Program-made: the position numbers and the translations under genes | Notes under the pieces: generated by a model | The model's input: the letters and a program-made list of their open reading frames with translations, nothing else | What the model was told of the DNA's origin: nothing | Databases searched by the model: none | Shown here: positions 12,661 to 26,004 of the stretch, piece by piece | How positions within the stretch are numbered: the stretch's first letter is position 1 | How the letters are laid out: every line of letters begins with the position of its first letter | Source: Octopus bimaculoides | Lineage: Eukaryota | Length of the DNA: 64,000 nt | Direction of reading: 5' to 3' | Assembly (NCBI RefSeq): GCF_001194135.2 | Contig: NC_068985.1 | Span: 105,334,603 to 105,398,602, forward strand

Positions 12661-13129
12661 GCTTCACCACGATAAATAAACTGACAAGAGAATTTCAGTC
12701 AGCGACGAACATCTGTATAACGAAGAATCTGCCCTGGCATCGAAGCCAAAACACAACTAGTGATAAACTCTGCCAAACATAAACTTCTTTCACATACAGA
12801 CTCATACTAATGTGTACTCTAAGAACTGGTATAAATGCTCACGGTTACTGACTCTCTTTCTATCTGCTGTAATATCTCACATACACATACATGTATCACT
12901 CACATACACACTTTTCTTTGTACGACGGCCTGTCTTTGATTATGTTCTTATATGTCGCATTCACACTCTCACATACACATACATCTTTAACGCCATAATA
13001 AATATCTCTGTTATTCATTTTCTATCGGTTGTCTTTATCGTCTCATTACTGGCTATTTATGTTATCGTAGTATAACATTTATGTATATCATCATTGATAT
13101 ATAATTTTGTGTTCGACCGTGTGACGCGT

Positions 13130-14030
13130 TTAAAATAAAAGGAGTCCTTGTTTTTCCATTCGTCACCATTTCTCCTTTTTGAGTTCGCACGGTCGTTCTT
13201 ACAGTATCATCCAGGCAGCATCTGTTAAACAAGAGCAGTAAAAATAAATATATAAACGCAGTGCGGAAAAGTGAAGTGAGCGACATTGTACGAGTTGGCA
13301 GTGAGCTCCTCAAGAAGCACTCTCTTCCTGATGATCTTCAATACAGCCCCGAAACAGTGGGGCTCTCTTACCTCAGGGAAGACCTGGATGAAAAGCAATC
13401 AGTATACAAGAAAAAAAAACTATGCATGGGTATGTTGCCCGGAAGCTTGAAGAAGACAGTAGAATTGACACGAAGCGCAGCCTCTCTTGGACACAAGAAC
13501 ACTACATCACATCACACTTTGAGGGTTATGTATTTGCAATGCAGGAACAGATTGCAATCCAGGAGATTGCCACAAGGTACTTGGTGAACAAGAGAAACAG
13601 TGACGCTCTTGTAATCCCAAGGTGCAACCGCATGTGTAGGCTATGTCATATTTCTGTGGAAGACATCACGCATGTGATTAGGAGCTGTCCTGAAATGTCG
13701 CCACGGTACTACCTCCCTATGCGGTACGATGTTCTTGCTAAAACAATTTACAATGCCAGTCGCAAAAAAAACAAACTGTCCTGAAATAAACTTGGAAAAT
13801 CCCTCTGTTGTGGAATACATTCATAAACACCAACTCAAGGAATGCTGGTGGAATATTCCCATCAAAACTTCTGTCAAATGTAAATATAATAGGCCGGATA
13901 TTATTGTTTGGGACAGAGGGGCAAAGGTATGTACCATCATAGAGGTCAGCTTCCTTGAAAATATAAATATCTCTTTGAAAATCAAAGAAAAATAGGATAT
14001 CTATGGACAACTGCTTCGAAACATGTATTA
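13130..14030 (+). mobile_element. 3' fragment of an RLE-type non-LTR retrotransposon, Dong/R4-like
   Basis: Frameshifted ORFs contain HGYVARKL..SHFEGYVFAMQEQ, the zinc knuckle CRLCHISVEDITHVIRSC, and the restriction-like endonuclease motif RPDIIVWDRGAKVCTIIEVS...KIKEK. Confidence 0.8.
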
Positions 14031-14136
14031 TTACTGATACAGTTGTCTATGTTAGTAAATATCTAAGTGCAAACTTCAAAAGGGTGGGGTTTTTGTTGAG
14101 GTAGATAAAAGTGATCAGCTAATATGCTCTTTTCAG

Positions 14137-14145
14137 ATATATTTT
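14137..14145 (+). other. Candidate 9-nt microexon ATATATTTT
   Basis: CTAAT branch point at 14119-14123, TGC at 14125-14127, ctcttttCAG acceptor, and a perfect GTAAGT donor at 14146. Length is a multiple of 3. Confidence 0.35.
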
Positions 14146-15242
14146 GTAAGTGAAATAGTAAAAGTACACAAGATTTTTCTAAAGTTTAGTGTGTAAATTT
14201 TCAGTTTTTGTTATCTAAACTCTAACTCATCATTATGAAAACAACTCAAATAAATAAGAATGAAAGATAAAATACGTGTTATTAGTTAGAAGTGAACTCC
14301 CCAGAAAGTAATGAGCTATTGATGATGTTACAATAATAACTACTGGATGAACTTAACGTGATAAAGACACGAAGGAGAAATATTCTCCTTACCATCAAAA
14401 GGTTATTCATGGGTATGTTGCTTTTGTTTTATGGAAATTTTAGACGGATACTAATATCTACTGGTGTGTAGCCTTCCTTAGACTCACCACTGTTACACCA
14501 CGTTATACTTCGAAGGTTATGCCTTCACAAAGCATAAGCAAATGATATCTACTAAATCGTTGTTGAATAAAAGAGACAGTAAAATACATGAACAGCCGAA
14601 ATGTGACTAAATATGTCGATTAGGATACATATCTGCTGATCATATTACACGTGTGAATAGCAGCTGCTCCAAAATGTCACCAAATCGCCATTTTCCGATG
14701 ACACTGTCTTTAAAACAATAAACAATACTATCTGTAGAAAGGAATGTCCTACGATAAAGATAAAAATAGCATTTTTCTGTTAAGTATATTTATGAAGCCT
14801 ACTACATTTCTATGAATATTCAGATTTCAGATTTTGCAAATGGCTATAAGGCTCGCTTTCCCCCTCGTTCGATTAAACTATCCAATCATCCTTAAAAGTC
14901 TTTACCTGTTGCAACATGAGGTTTTTTTTTCTATTTTTTGTCTCGTTATTATTCCCCCACCATTTTGTCATTCATTTTCCTTAGAATTTCTATTCCTAGT
15001 AATAAGTATATTAATACACTCATGCACACACACCCATACATACGTACGTACGTACATACATACATACATACATACATACATGCATACATACATAGAAAGA
15101 TACAGCCACACATATATAAATTCATGTTTGCAAACATTTCTAAGATTCTCCACTTAGATTTTCTAGAATGAATATATCACATATGTGACAACCATATATG
15201 TATGCATACATATATGCTTACATAAATACATACTACCCTGCC

Positions 15243-15288
<46 letters not shown>

Positions 15289-15899
15289 GAATATATGCGT
15301 GCGTGTGTGTTATGTATGTGTACGCATACAAAGTATACGCTATACAATTGACGTTTTAACTGCTTCGAGCTGTCTGTAAACTCTCTCACTCGACCCAATT
15401 TTCATTCTAAATCATTCGAGATAATTTCCACTTACTGCATCATTTTTCACCCACTTAATAAAGTAAAAAAGAAAATATAAACAATATATTCTTATTCTGT
15501 CTTCATACATCCACCGATTTTTTTCTGAAACCAACATAAAATATAATTAAATTTAACATTTTAATTTATATGCTCCTGAAATGGGCCCCGAGAGAATTCA
15601 ACCAGACTTCACAACACACTCTGGGGTTGAGGACAGGATCGTCCTTTCAATCAATCGTAATTTTGTAACTGCTGAACATTAGAGAATACAATGTATGATC
15701 ATTGATATTTTTTAGAAAGAGTTTCGCTCTCGGCATTGTGAATTCAAATGAACTATACTTGTATTGTGTTTATATCTACAATACATAATTGCGAATGCAC
15801 CAAAAATATTAATTATATTAGGTGACATAAGCTTCGAGGGAGCCTTCTTCGTGCTCACTTCCTCTCTAAGATATAACAGTCAAATATCTGATCTTTTTA

Positions 15900-16097
15900 T
15901 GTGTTTCATTCATAAGACTATGGCCATGCTGGGGCATCCCTTTGAAGGGTTTAGACGAACAAATCGTCCGCAGCACTTAGTTTTTCAAGTCTGGTATCTA
16001 TTCTATCGTCACATTTGCCGAACTGCTAAGACGTAGACTAAATAATATCGGTTGTCCAGCGGTTGTGGGAAGGGGGCTAAAAACATAAGCATACACA

Positions 16098-16149
<52 letters not shown>

Positions 16150-16340
16150 CACACACATGTACACGCCCATACGTGTACATGGTGAGTTTCCACAATTTCC
16201 GTCTACCGAATTCCTTCAGAAGGCATTGGCCTCCCGGGACTGTAGAAATCTGTCCCAAGATGTCGTGCAGTGGGACTATTCGAAACCACGATGCTGCAAA
16301 ACAAGCTTCTTAACCACACAGACATGACTGCACCCACTTC
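15900..16340 (-). mobile_element. Near full-length family A SINE
   Basis: The tRNA-like head is at about 16270-16340 on the minus strand, followed by the CORE-like block, a (CA)n linker and the 3' half. Confidence 0.75.
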
Positions 16341-16829
16341 GCGTTCATTTTTCCCTCATAGATATAACAGCTAAATATCCAATGAAAATTACAATATACG
16401 AAGCGTGCACACACATGTTTTTAATTACGCTGTAGGTGTATTAAATTCAAGTGAATTATTGCAGCAGTCGAATCGTGTTAAAGATACATTACATAGTTGT
16501 CAAGACACCGAAAGTATTACCTATGTTGGATGACATACGAGTATCTAGGGTGTTCCTTCATTTTCCCTTTCCCTCATGGGTTTAACAGTCAAAATGTCAA
16601 ACCAATGACACAATACAATTATTAAAAGTGCTCGAAGGGCACAGAAGTTAATTTTGTCCAAGATACCTAAAAAGTTAGGATGTTCATAGCTGGAATAACT
16701 TTAAGCATAGGTCGTTTTGATTAGAATTGATCTTGGACTATGCAGGAATTAAAATCTCTGAATGATTGATTTTGACCTGGGATTAGAAATAATTAAAGTC
16801 TCTGCGTGATTGATTTAGTTTTAGTACGC

Positions 16830-17387
16830 ATGGTTGAGTGGTTAAGTAGACCGCTTTGTAATTACGTGGTATCAGGGTCAATCCCACTGCGCGGAACCTT
16901 GTATATATGAGATTAAATAAATGACTACACACACACAAACACAAGCACACACGCGCGTACTCAATCACACACACACACACACAAGCACACGCGCACGTAC
17001 TAACTCTCACACACACACACACACACACACACACNNNNNNNNNNNNNNNNNNNNNNNNNNNNNNNNNNNNNNNNNNNNNNNNNNNNNNNNNNNNNNNNNN
17101 NNNNNNNNNNNNNNNNNNNNNNNNNNNNNNNNNNNNNNNNNNNNNNNNNNNNNNNNNNNNNNNNNNNNNNNNNNNNNNNNNNNNNNNNNNNNNNNNNNNN
17201 NNNNNNNNNNNNNNNNNNNNNNNNNNNNNNNNNNNNNNNNNNNNNNNNNNNNNNNNNNNNNNNNNNNNNNNNNNNNNNNNNNNNNNNNNNNNNNNNNNNN
17301 NNNNNNNNNNNNNNNNNNNNNNNNNNNNNNNNNNNNNNNNNNNNNNNNNNNNNNNNNNNNNNNNNNNNNNNNNNNNNNNNNNNNNNN

Positions 17388-17422
<35 letters not shown>

Positions 17423-17890
17423 GCGTGTTTGTGTCTGTGTTTGTCCTCCACCATCACTTGACACCCGATGTTGATGTGTGTCTACGTCACCGTAACTTAG
17501 CGGTTCGACACAGAACCGATAGTATAAGTACCTGGCTTGCAAAGAATAAGTCCAGGGATCAATTTCTTCGACTAAAAGGCGGTGCTCCAGCATGGCCACA
17601 GTCAATATACCTGAAAGAAATAAAAGAATAAAAGAATATATATATATATACATGTATGTATTTGAGTCTGTTTGTACCCCACCACCACCACCAACACCAT
17701 CGCTTGAAAACTGATGTTAGTGTGTGTTTACGTCCCCATAACTTAGCAGTTCGACATAAAGAGCCCAATAGAATAAGTACTAGGCTTACAAAAAAATAAG
17801 TCCTGCGTCGATTTGTTCGACTAAAGGCAGTACTCCAGCATGGACGCAGTAAAATGGCTGAAACAAGTAAAAGAATATATATATGATTGA
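16830..17890 (+). mobile_element. Family A SINE pieces (head plus two tandem 3' halves), interrupted by a gap
   Basis: Head gcatggttgagtggttaag...gggtcaatcccactgcg at 16830-16900. Two 3' halves at 17420-17630 and 17660-17880. Confidence 0.7.
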
Positions 17891-17936
17891 CCGTTGACTG
17901 AACACTATTCAATTTTTTTTCTCCTTGTCTCCGTAT

Positions 17937-17973
17937 TCTTTCTGTTGAAGAGCGTAGCTCGAAACGTCAAAGA
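17937..17973 (+). ncRNA. Minimal type I hammerhead-like motif (A6U core variant) in a short Penelope-like repeat
   Basis: Stem I TCTTT/AAAGA, core CTGTTGA, stem II GAGC-GTA-GCTC, then GAAA, palindromic ACGT helix III, and a GTC cleavage triplet. It lies in a repeat of about 180 bp (17900-18065). Confidence 0.5.
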
Positions 17974-18923
17974 CTTTCCGTATTCCCGAGCGTCATACTA
18001 ATATATACTTTTGTTATTTACACCACCTGTCCTCGTCTGTTGTTATTATTTGTATATTCTCCCATATATATATATATGCATGTATGTATGTACACACATT
18101 TAACATTACAAATGACATATAGACACATACACACACACACATATACATATATACATACATACATATATGTATACATGTGTGTGTATGTGATGTATTTATG
18201 TGTGTATATCATATATTATAGGGGTTACCTTTCGACAGTATAACCTTTGTTTCGACCTATAAGCCATAATTTACGTCACCAATGTATCAATATCTACTAG
18301 TTGTTGTCATTCTGGTAACCTTTTCTTTCTGTTAACGTTTGTCCTTCTCGTTTGGTGACCTAAATATTATTTTCATCGGTCGCTACAAACAAAGCATTTG
18401 ATTTTCTGAAGCGAACAAAAGGTGTTATAATCATGCTCCTTATACACTCCCACGTCATCAAATGTTCTCAGTACACCAAAATATCTTTCACCATGTTGTG
18501 TCATGTTTATATGACACCAATGCAACCAAATATCATTCAACGCCATAGTCAAGTGTATCTTGTATCGCAGACCAGTTGCGATTCCTGTTGCTATCTTAAT
18601 AATGAAATATACCAGCGTGAACACATTCGAAGGTTACATCTAACAAATCAATGAATTGTCTGACTGCTAGGCTGAATTCAGATGGTTCATATCTCATCTC
18701 TTACGCGCATGTTGTGTCGTGGTTTTAAAACGTTTTCCTAACTAAGCTGATTGGCTTCACATTCAGTATATAATGGTAAGAAAAACTTATAGCAAGCAGC
18801 AGGAGCGCAACTTCGTAGCTAATGACTATTTTGTTATGTTAATTTTGAAAGTTAGAACTGACTCTATCATGGACTTGAGCAATGACAGCAGCAGCAAAAC
18901 ATCTGCCGACATCATCATTATCA

Positions 18924-18968
<45 letters not shown>

Positions 18969-19263
18969 NNNNNNNNNNNNNNNNNNNNNNNNNNNNNNNN
19001 NNNNNNNNNNNNNNNNNNNNNNNNNNNNNNNNNNNNNNNNNNNNNNNNNNNNNNNNNNNNNNNNNNNNNNNNNNNNNNNNNNNNNNNNNNNNNNNNNNNN
19101 NNNNNNNNNNNNNNNNNNNNNNNNNNNNNNNNNNNNNNNNNNNNNNNNNNNNNNNNNNNNNNNNNNNNNNNNNNNNNNNNNNNNNNNNNNNNNNNNNNNN
19201 NNNNNNNNNNNNNNNNNNNNNNNNNNNNNNNNNNNNNNNNNNNNNNNNNNNNNNNNNNNNNNN

Positions 19264-19311
<48 letters not shown>

Positions 19312-19944
19312 AGAATTCACAAATAAAAAACAAAAGACGAAGACAGGTGGTGTAGACACACATATGCATACATATAAACATATGTATATATACATATGTA
19401 ATTTATATATATCAATAATTACAGAAAGCATAACATGTAATGAAGCCATGCTCACTCGTGGGTGACGGTTGGCAATTATATTACTATGCAAATAAACAGC
19501 AGTTTATACCAATTCCTTTTTAGTTGTGGTCTGGTTTACGATCATAACGTAGTGAGTTCAATTTTTGAATCGAGCAGTACGTTGTTTCCTTGATGGTCTA
19601 TAAAATAACTCAAGTACTACTGGGTTAGTCGCTATCGGCTAATTTTTTTTCTCACCTTTTCCTATAAATCCTTCTACTCCGCCGAACAAATTCATTTATA
19701 CCATACTTAATTCGCATATGTGGCTCCACCTACCATATGAAACATGATTGAGCAGAAGGTTTGAAGAAACCAAACTTGTTAACGTCAATAAGCTGAAACT
19801 TCAAAGATTTGATGTGACTGTCAACCTTTTTCTAGTAAAGCTATACATTAATGCGTTTATGTAAATAAACATGGATATGTTTTATTCTTTTATACGTTAC
19901 AGCCCAAAGACTGTGGCCATGCTGGTTGGTTTTTGGTGAATGAG

Positions 19945-21200
19945 AGAGTTTGATATTGCTGCCCTTGCTTGAAATTCTTTCCGTGATGTAGGTTCATCAG
20001 GGAGCTTGGACAGTAGGAAGTTACAGTGCTTCTTGAAAATATTTATCCCGACTCCATGTAAATATCTCAGGTTTTATCTTGGTAAGATATTAAATAGCTG
20101 TGGGCCTTTGAATCCTAAGCTATTGTAGTACCTGGTCCTTACTCCCGGCGGGCTGGGTGGGACCTTTGGAACAGTGCAGTGGAGCTAGCTTTGTTCAGGA
20201 GCTGATGTGTCTCTGGACACCATGGTGCTGTCACTCAAGGATCTTACATATGTATATCATTTTATATCTCTACCATCTTCGCTCCAGGGAATAGAGTCAT
20301 AATTCTTTCAGTCTCTCCAAGTAGTTTAATTGTTTCATTGAGGCAGTCGTCATAGCTGGTAAGAGTAGCTGCCTCTATAACTGACACCATATCTGAGAGG
20401 GCCACCACAAATAGCAGCAGCCAAAGCAATTTCCTGATGCAGTCCACTAGCTATTAATGTTTCCTTGCAGAAGGCTTCATTGTCTACTACAACCTGGCTT
20501 CTAACCACTCTCCCAATTTACCCCCAGTCATGTAATCACTCTCCCGGTTTTCCAGCTATTCCGAATCCACTCGGCTTGTAGCATATCATCTTGTGATGAA
20601 TCTCATCAAAGGCCTTTGTAAAATCGAGATATATCACAACTATGTTTGAGCTATTCTTAAATTGTTTCAATACCCAGTCATAATGTTGTATCAGCTGTGC
20701 AAGGCAGCTCCTTCCTGAGCTGTGTATCCTATGCTGTGTCATGAAGCAAGTTATTAACTTCTAGGAAAGTGTTCAGCTTCCTCCTGACACATCTTGCCAA
20801 GGCTTTGCTGACATGTGACGTTAGAGAGACAGGCCTATAATTTTTAATATCTGTTCTGCTTTTTCCCTTATGGAAAGGGCATATTATGCCCTCCTTTAAC
20901 TTTTCAGGATGTCTACTACTCGTGAGGAAGCTTTGGAATTGGATCTGGAGTGTTCTTGTCAAAGCCCTTTTTCCATTATTTTAGGAGTATTGCAAGAGAT
21001 CTATCAGAGCCAATGGCTGAGTTTAAGCTAATTTCATTAATGGGTGATATTGCATGAGTTCCAGCAAGCTCGAAGAAAACGATAACTTCGTGTAGAGTTG
21101 TGGTGTCAAAGAATTCAGTGTTATATATATTTTCAAGTGTTCCAACGGAGATGCGAAAACACTTTTTTATATGCCTATAATTATCTGGATTTTTCCTGTA
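19945..21200 (-). mobile_element. CR1/L2-clade LINE 3' portion (RT), decayed
   Basis: Minus ORF pieces: KEGIICPFHKGKSRTDIKNYRPVSLTSHVSKAL, SGRSCLAQLIQHYDWVL..VIYLDFTKAFDEIHH, LLFVVALSDM..LTSYDD, and a terminal YYNSLGFKGPQLFNILP. Confidence 0.9.
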
Positions 21201-22778
21201 AGGAAGGAGTTGGTTTCTAACAAACATAGAAAGATCTGTCGTGTGTGTGTGTGTGCGTGTGTGTGTGCGAGTGAGTGTGTGCGTGTGTATGCGCGCGTGT
21301 GTGTTCGTGTGTGCGTGTGTGTGTTTAAATANNNNNNNNNNATATATATATATATATACATCAACACACACCTATCTGTATGTATAAACATACGTGTATG
21401 TTTGAACATATATGTATGCACATTTTTATGTGTAAGTGTGTGTGTATACATACATGTATGTGTGTATGTATGTATGTCTGTATGTATGCACTTATGTATC
21501 TATGTACTTATGCATAAAATTGATATAAGTGTTGGTGTAAACGGAGTGGGTGTCAGAGACAGCGATGGTGATATGTGTGGTGGAGTAGTGACAAAAGCAC
21601 AATGGAATACGAAGTGCTATAGTGTACTGCAAAAGTTCAGTGGTGATGACGTCAAAGCTGGACAGCGTCAGATCTTATGACAATAATCTCGATGTCAGAT
21701 GCTGTGTGGTTGATTAGCGCCAATAGTGGTGTCGACTTCTGCATTGATGATAGACATGATTATGGTGTGATAACCTGAACCTATTAAGAGTGTAAACACT
21801 TTATTATTTATTTTATTCCTAACACCTCACGCGCTGTTGCCTTACCAAGCGCAGAGATGTTATATTCACATTTGTAATATATGTCTAAACGTGATAATTA
21901 GCTATTTTTTTTTATGTATAAAACTCTGGAAGCTTTGAATTGATAGTGTTAAAATAAAATGACTTTTACTGCTACACATTACAAAATAACTGCGAATGAG
22001 AGGTGTCACCAATCCAAATTAATCATGTATGTACATGCCTTCTCTTCTTTCTTCTCCCTTTCTCTTCTTTTCTTCCATGTTTTTGCTTCTCTTCACGACT
22101 TTTGAATTTTTGGAACTGTTATACTCCGTACGTCATTATTTTGCCTTTCTTTCTACTTTTCTTCTTTTTCTTTTTTGTTTTTTTTTCTCCTTTTTCCAGC
22201 TTTCCCTTTTACAAGTCCTTCCTCCTCCACCTTCTCCATCGCCTAAAGAAACACCTTTGCACGCTTTTTTTCCGCTGCTTTCAGCCTTCTATTAATCTTT
22301 CCCTACGGATTTTCAAAAAAAAAAAAAAAGAACGGTTCTCTAACCACGTTTCCTTTCTCAGTCGCTGCCTTCACCACCACCTCATCCCTGAAGTTTTCCA
22401 CCTCCATTTCCACCCTACTTCTCAGCCTTCTTCTGCTATCCTACCTATANNNNNNNNNNNNNNNNNNNNNNNNNNNNNNNNNNNNNNNNNNNNNNNNNNN
22501 NNNNNNNNNNNNNNNNNNNNNNNNNNNNNNNNNNNNNNNNNNNNNNNNNNNNNNNNNNNNNNNNNNNNNNNNNNNNNNNNNNNNNNNNNNNNNNNNNNNN
22601 NNNNNNNNNNNNNNNNNNNNNNNNNNNNNNNNNNNNNNNNNNNNNNNNNNNNNNNNNNNNNNNNNNNNNNNNNNNNNNNNNNNNNNNNNNNNNNNNNNNN
22701 NNNNNNNNNNNNNNNNNNNNNNNNNNNNNNNNNNNNNNNNNNNNNNNNNNNNNNNNNNNNNNNNNNNNNNNNNNNNNN

Positions 22779-22852
<74 letters not shown>

Positions 22853-24008
22853 CATATCACAAAGGAAAAAGGGACTAAAAATCTTGGTGAATACTTTAAA
22901 AGCACTCTGTAGGGATCAAATTTGCCTCACTAAATTGTGCAGAGAGAAGCATTTTACTCTACGTAGGCCGTAAATTTACTTTCTGATGCCTGTCCAATTT
23001 CTGAATCCAAAATTCAAACACTGAACAGATTCAATATAAGGTCACAGAGTTGACTAGAAAAACACAAAATAATACAGAATTATACATTTAATCAGCTTGC
23101 GCACGTTTCGGATAGATGGGTAAATTACATAGTTCTGCTATATTGTAAACATACGTATTAATCTCTCATATTTCATCAACTAAGATTCTTCAGAAATTAA
23201 GAAATTTAACACCATCCTGTCTTTGTCGAAGCTACACCACACTTGTATACCCCGTTCACAAGAAAACCATTTAAATTCGGTTAACCTTCTATATATCACT
23301 ATCCATATTGCCTGATGTCAACTTCACAGTCGCACACAAAGATGGAATTTGTATATGTGAACGCGTGTGTGTGTGTGTGTGTGTGAGTGTGCGTGTGTGA
23401 GTGGTTGTGTATGAGTACGTATGTGTTATGTGCATGTTTGTATTCTTCTCTATATGTCTGAGTACGTTTGTGCAGGATATTGAAAATACAAACGCTGCTA
23501 ATTGGTCCCTTTCGAGAACGTTTTCCATTTGTTTCTATGTATGTATGTGTGTGTGTATGTATGTATGTATGTATGAAAGATACCTAGTTCTCGTGAGAAT
23601 TTCCTTCTGATGTGGTGTTGGCTTAGATATGCCACTGGTTCTATAATTGATTGTACTTGAAAGTGAGTTCAGTGATGTGCAAATCCTCTCAAATCAAATT
23701 CACGCACAAGAGCTTCTTGATATCTCGGAACGTTTGCATGAACTTACTGTGTCTTAAGTGGTCTTACTTGGTCACGAATTGTTTTCCATCATATATATTT
23801 TCATCTTTTTTTTCATTTTATCTAGTTTCAGCTCATGAGCTGTGGCCATGCTGGGGCACCGCCATTTAAAAAAAAGTGAAAAATTTTCGTAAAACCCCTT
23901 AGTGCAGGCCCTGGGTGATATTGAATCCTGCCCAAGATGTTATTGGTGTCGACATATGCCTTTACCCACAAGAGCACCGAGACATATATGTTTGTATATA
24001 TATATGTT

Positions 24009-24071
<63 letters not shown>

Positions 24072-24084
24072 TAATAATGGCAAT

Positions 24085-24146
<62 letters not shown>

Positions 24147-24239
24147 GATCTATCTATCGAGCAGCCTATCTACATTCTATTTTTATTTAACGATCTGTTA
24201 TCTTCCAATTTATTTAACTATTCTCATATATGTGCAATT

Positions 24240-24700
24240 CTGTTAGGAATTGATGCAGTTATCAGTTTCACTGAATTTCCTTGAAAGAGTTGCAAGAAAG
24301 AAGAATTGCTGTGGAAGCCTCTTTCTTCAAGAAATCTTATATTTTGCGTGACTTCAATGTCAATTAAAAAAAACAAAAAAAAAATCAGCAAACCATAATC
24401 AAAATATCCAAACCCATATATCCATCAAATGTCAAAGAATATAGTTTATCTGCCAGTTGCTACAAACGTATAATTTATTATATTAAAGATATCCTTTTTC
24501 ATGTAAATCCTGGACATGTGATACTATTTTCGTACTGAGCTATTTTTATAGCGATCTCTAAACTTGATTCGCCATTGCTATTTCTCTGTTCTCTGGAAAG
24601 AAAAAAGAAAAGCTTAGACAGCTTTGGCATATTTCCAACTCAGAATTATAGATAACTTAACAGCTCTTCGATTATCTGATCAGTTCCACAGTTTTACCAG
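24240..24700 (+). mobile_element. Possible decayed APE endonuclease fragment of a LINE
   Basis: KKSYILRDFNVN at about 24325-24365 resembles the APE ILGDFN motif. The rest is heavily degraded. Confidence 0.35.
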
Positions 24701-24854
24701 TTTCCCCTCCTTACTTTGGTATAAATTTTCTAGATAGATTGAAACGGTTAAATGTGTTTTGTCCTGTCACTGGAGATGAATCCGTGAAATAAACATTGCG
24801 TTACCTTGATACATGAAACTACACAACCATTATTACGACGATATTATTCTGCTT

Positions 24855-24917
<63 letters not shown>

Positions 24918-25142
24918 CATACGCCTATATCATATATGCATACATACATGAATACACACGCGCACGCACATATATGTGTGCATGTATGTACACATATATA
25001 TATACATACGTACATACATCCATATATACACATACATGCATATGTACATACATCTATGCATACACACATGCACACATACATATATACATATATACATATA
25101 TACATATATACATATATACATATATACATATATACATATATA

Positions 25143-25210
<68 letters not shown>

Positions 25211-25254
25211 CATACACATACATATATACATATATACTCTTCTTTTCAGTGCTG

Positions 25255-25803
25255 CAGAGGTATGCTTTTGGTGACATACAAAGTGGTGTCAAATTCCAGC
25301 TTCGAACAACTAGTGGACTATTGAATCATCAGCATTTCAAAGCCAGAACACTGCTATTCACCAGTATCATTCGTGGTTTACTATCTGCAGATGATGCTGC
25401 ACTAGTAGCGACCTCCTTAGAAGTTGCTCAGGAACTTCTAGACCGGTTTTCTGCTGCATGCAAAGCGTTTGGTTTAACCATCAACCCAAAGAAAACGGAA
25501 GTAATCCACCAACCTTGCCTTACTCCTAAACAAATTCGAGGTGTCAAGCAGAGGCCACCGGTTCACAATTTTCATTACACACCTATAAAGGTTGATGGGA
25601 AAAGCCTAAATTATGTGAGGTCAATTACATGTCTTGGCAGTAAAGTGAATTCAAGCGCTTCCCTTAATGATGAAGTCATCAACTGTCTTGCAAAGGCAAC
25701 CAACGCATTTCTCAAACTCCATTATCGCCTATGGAATGAAAGGGGCATTAAACTTGACACAAAAGTACATGTCTATAAAGCTTCCATTCTTACTACCCTC
25801 TTG
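25255..25803 (+). mobile_element. RTE (BovB-like) LINE RT fragment
   Basis: ORF LLSADDAALVA...FGLTINPKKTEVIHQP...LGSKV...LWNERGIKLDTKVHVYKASILTTLL is a typical RTE RT domain 5-7 and thumb region. Confidence 0.9.
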
Positions 25804-25911
25804 TAAGGCTCTTGTAAGGCTGTTGCAGGACAATCTGTGATTATTCACTAAAAGACAGAGTTTCAAATGCCGATCAGTTTAGCAAGTGTAAGACTGGTAG
25901 AATCGAGAACT

Positions 25912-25986
<75 letters not shown>

Positions 25987-26004
25987 TTGCTAATATGCTA
26001 AAAA

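Noticed and set aside
24249-24350. Apparent exon ELMQLSVSLNFLERV...
   Set aside because: There is no credible donor, and another frame gives an APE-like ILxDFN motif, so a LINE relic is more likely.
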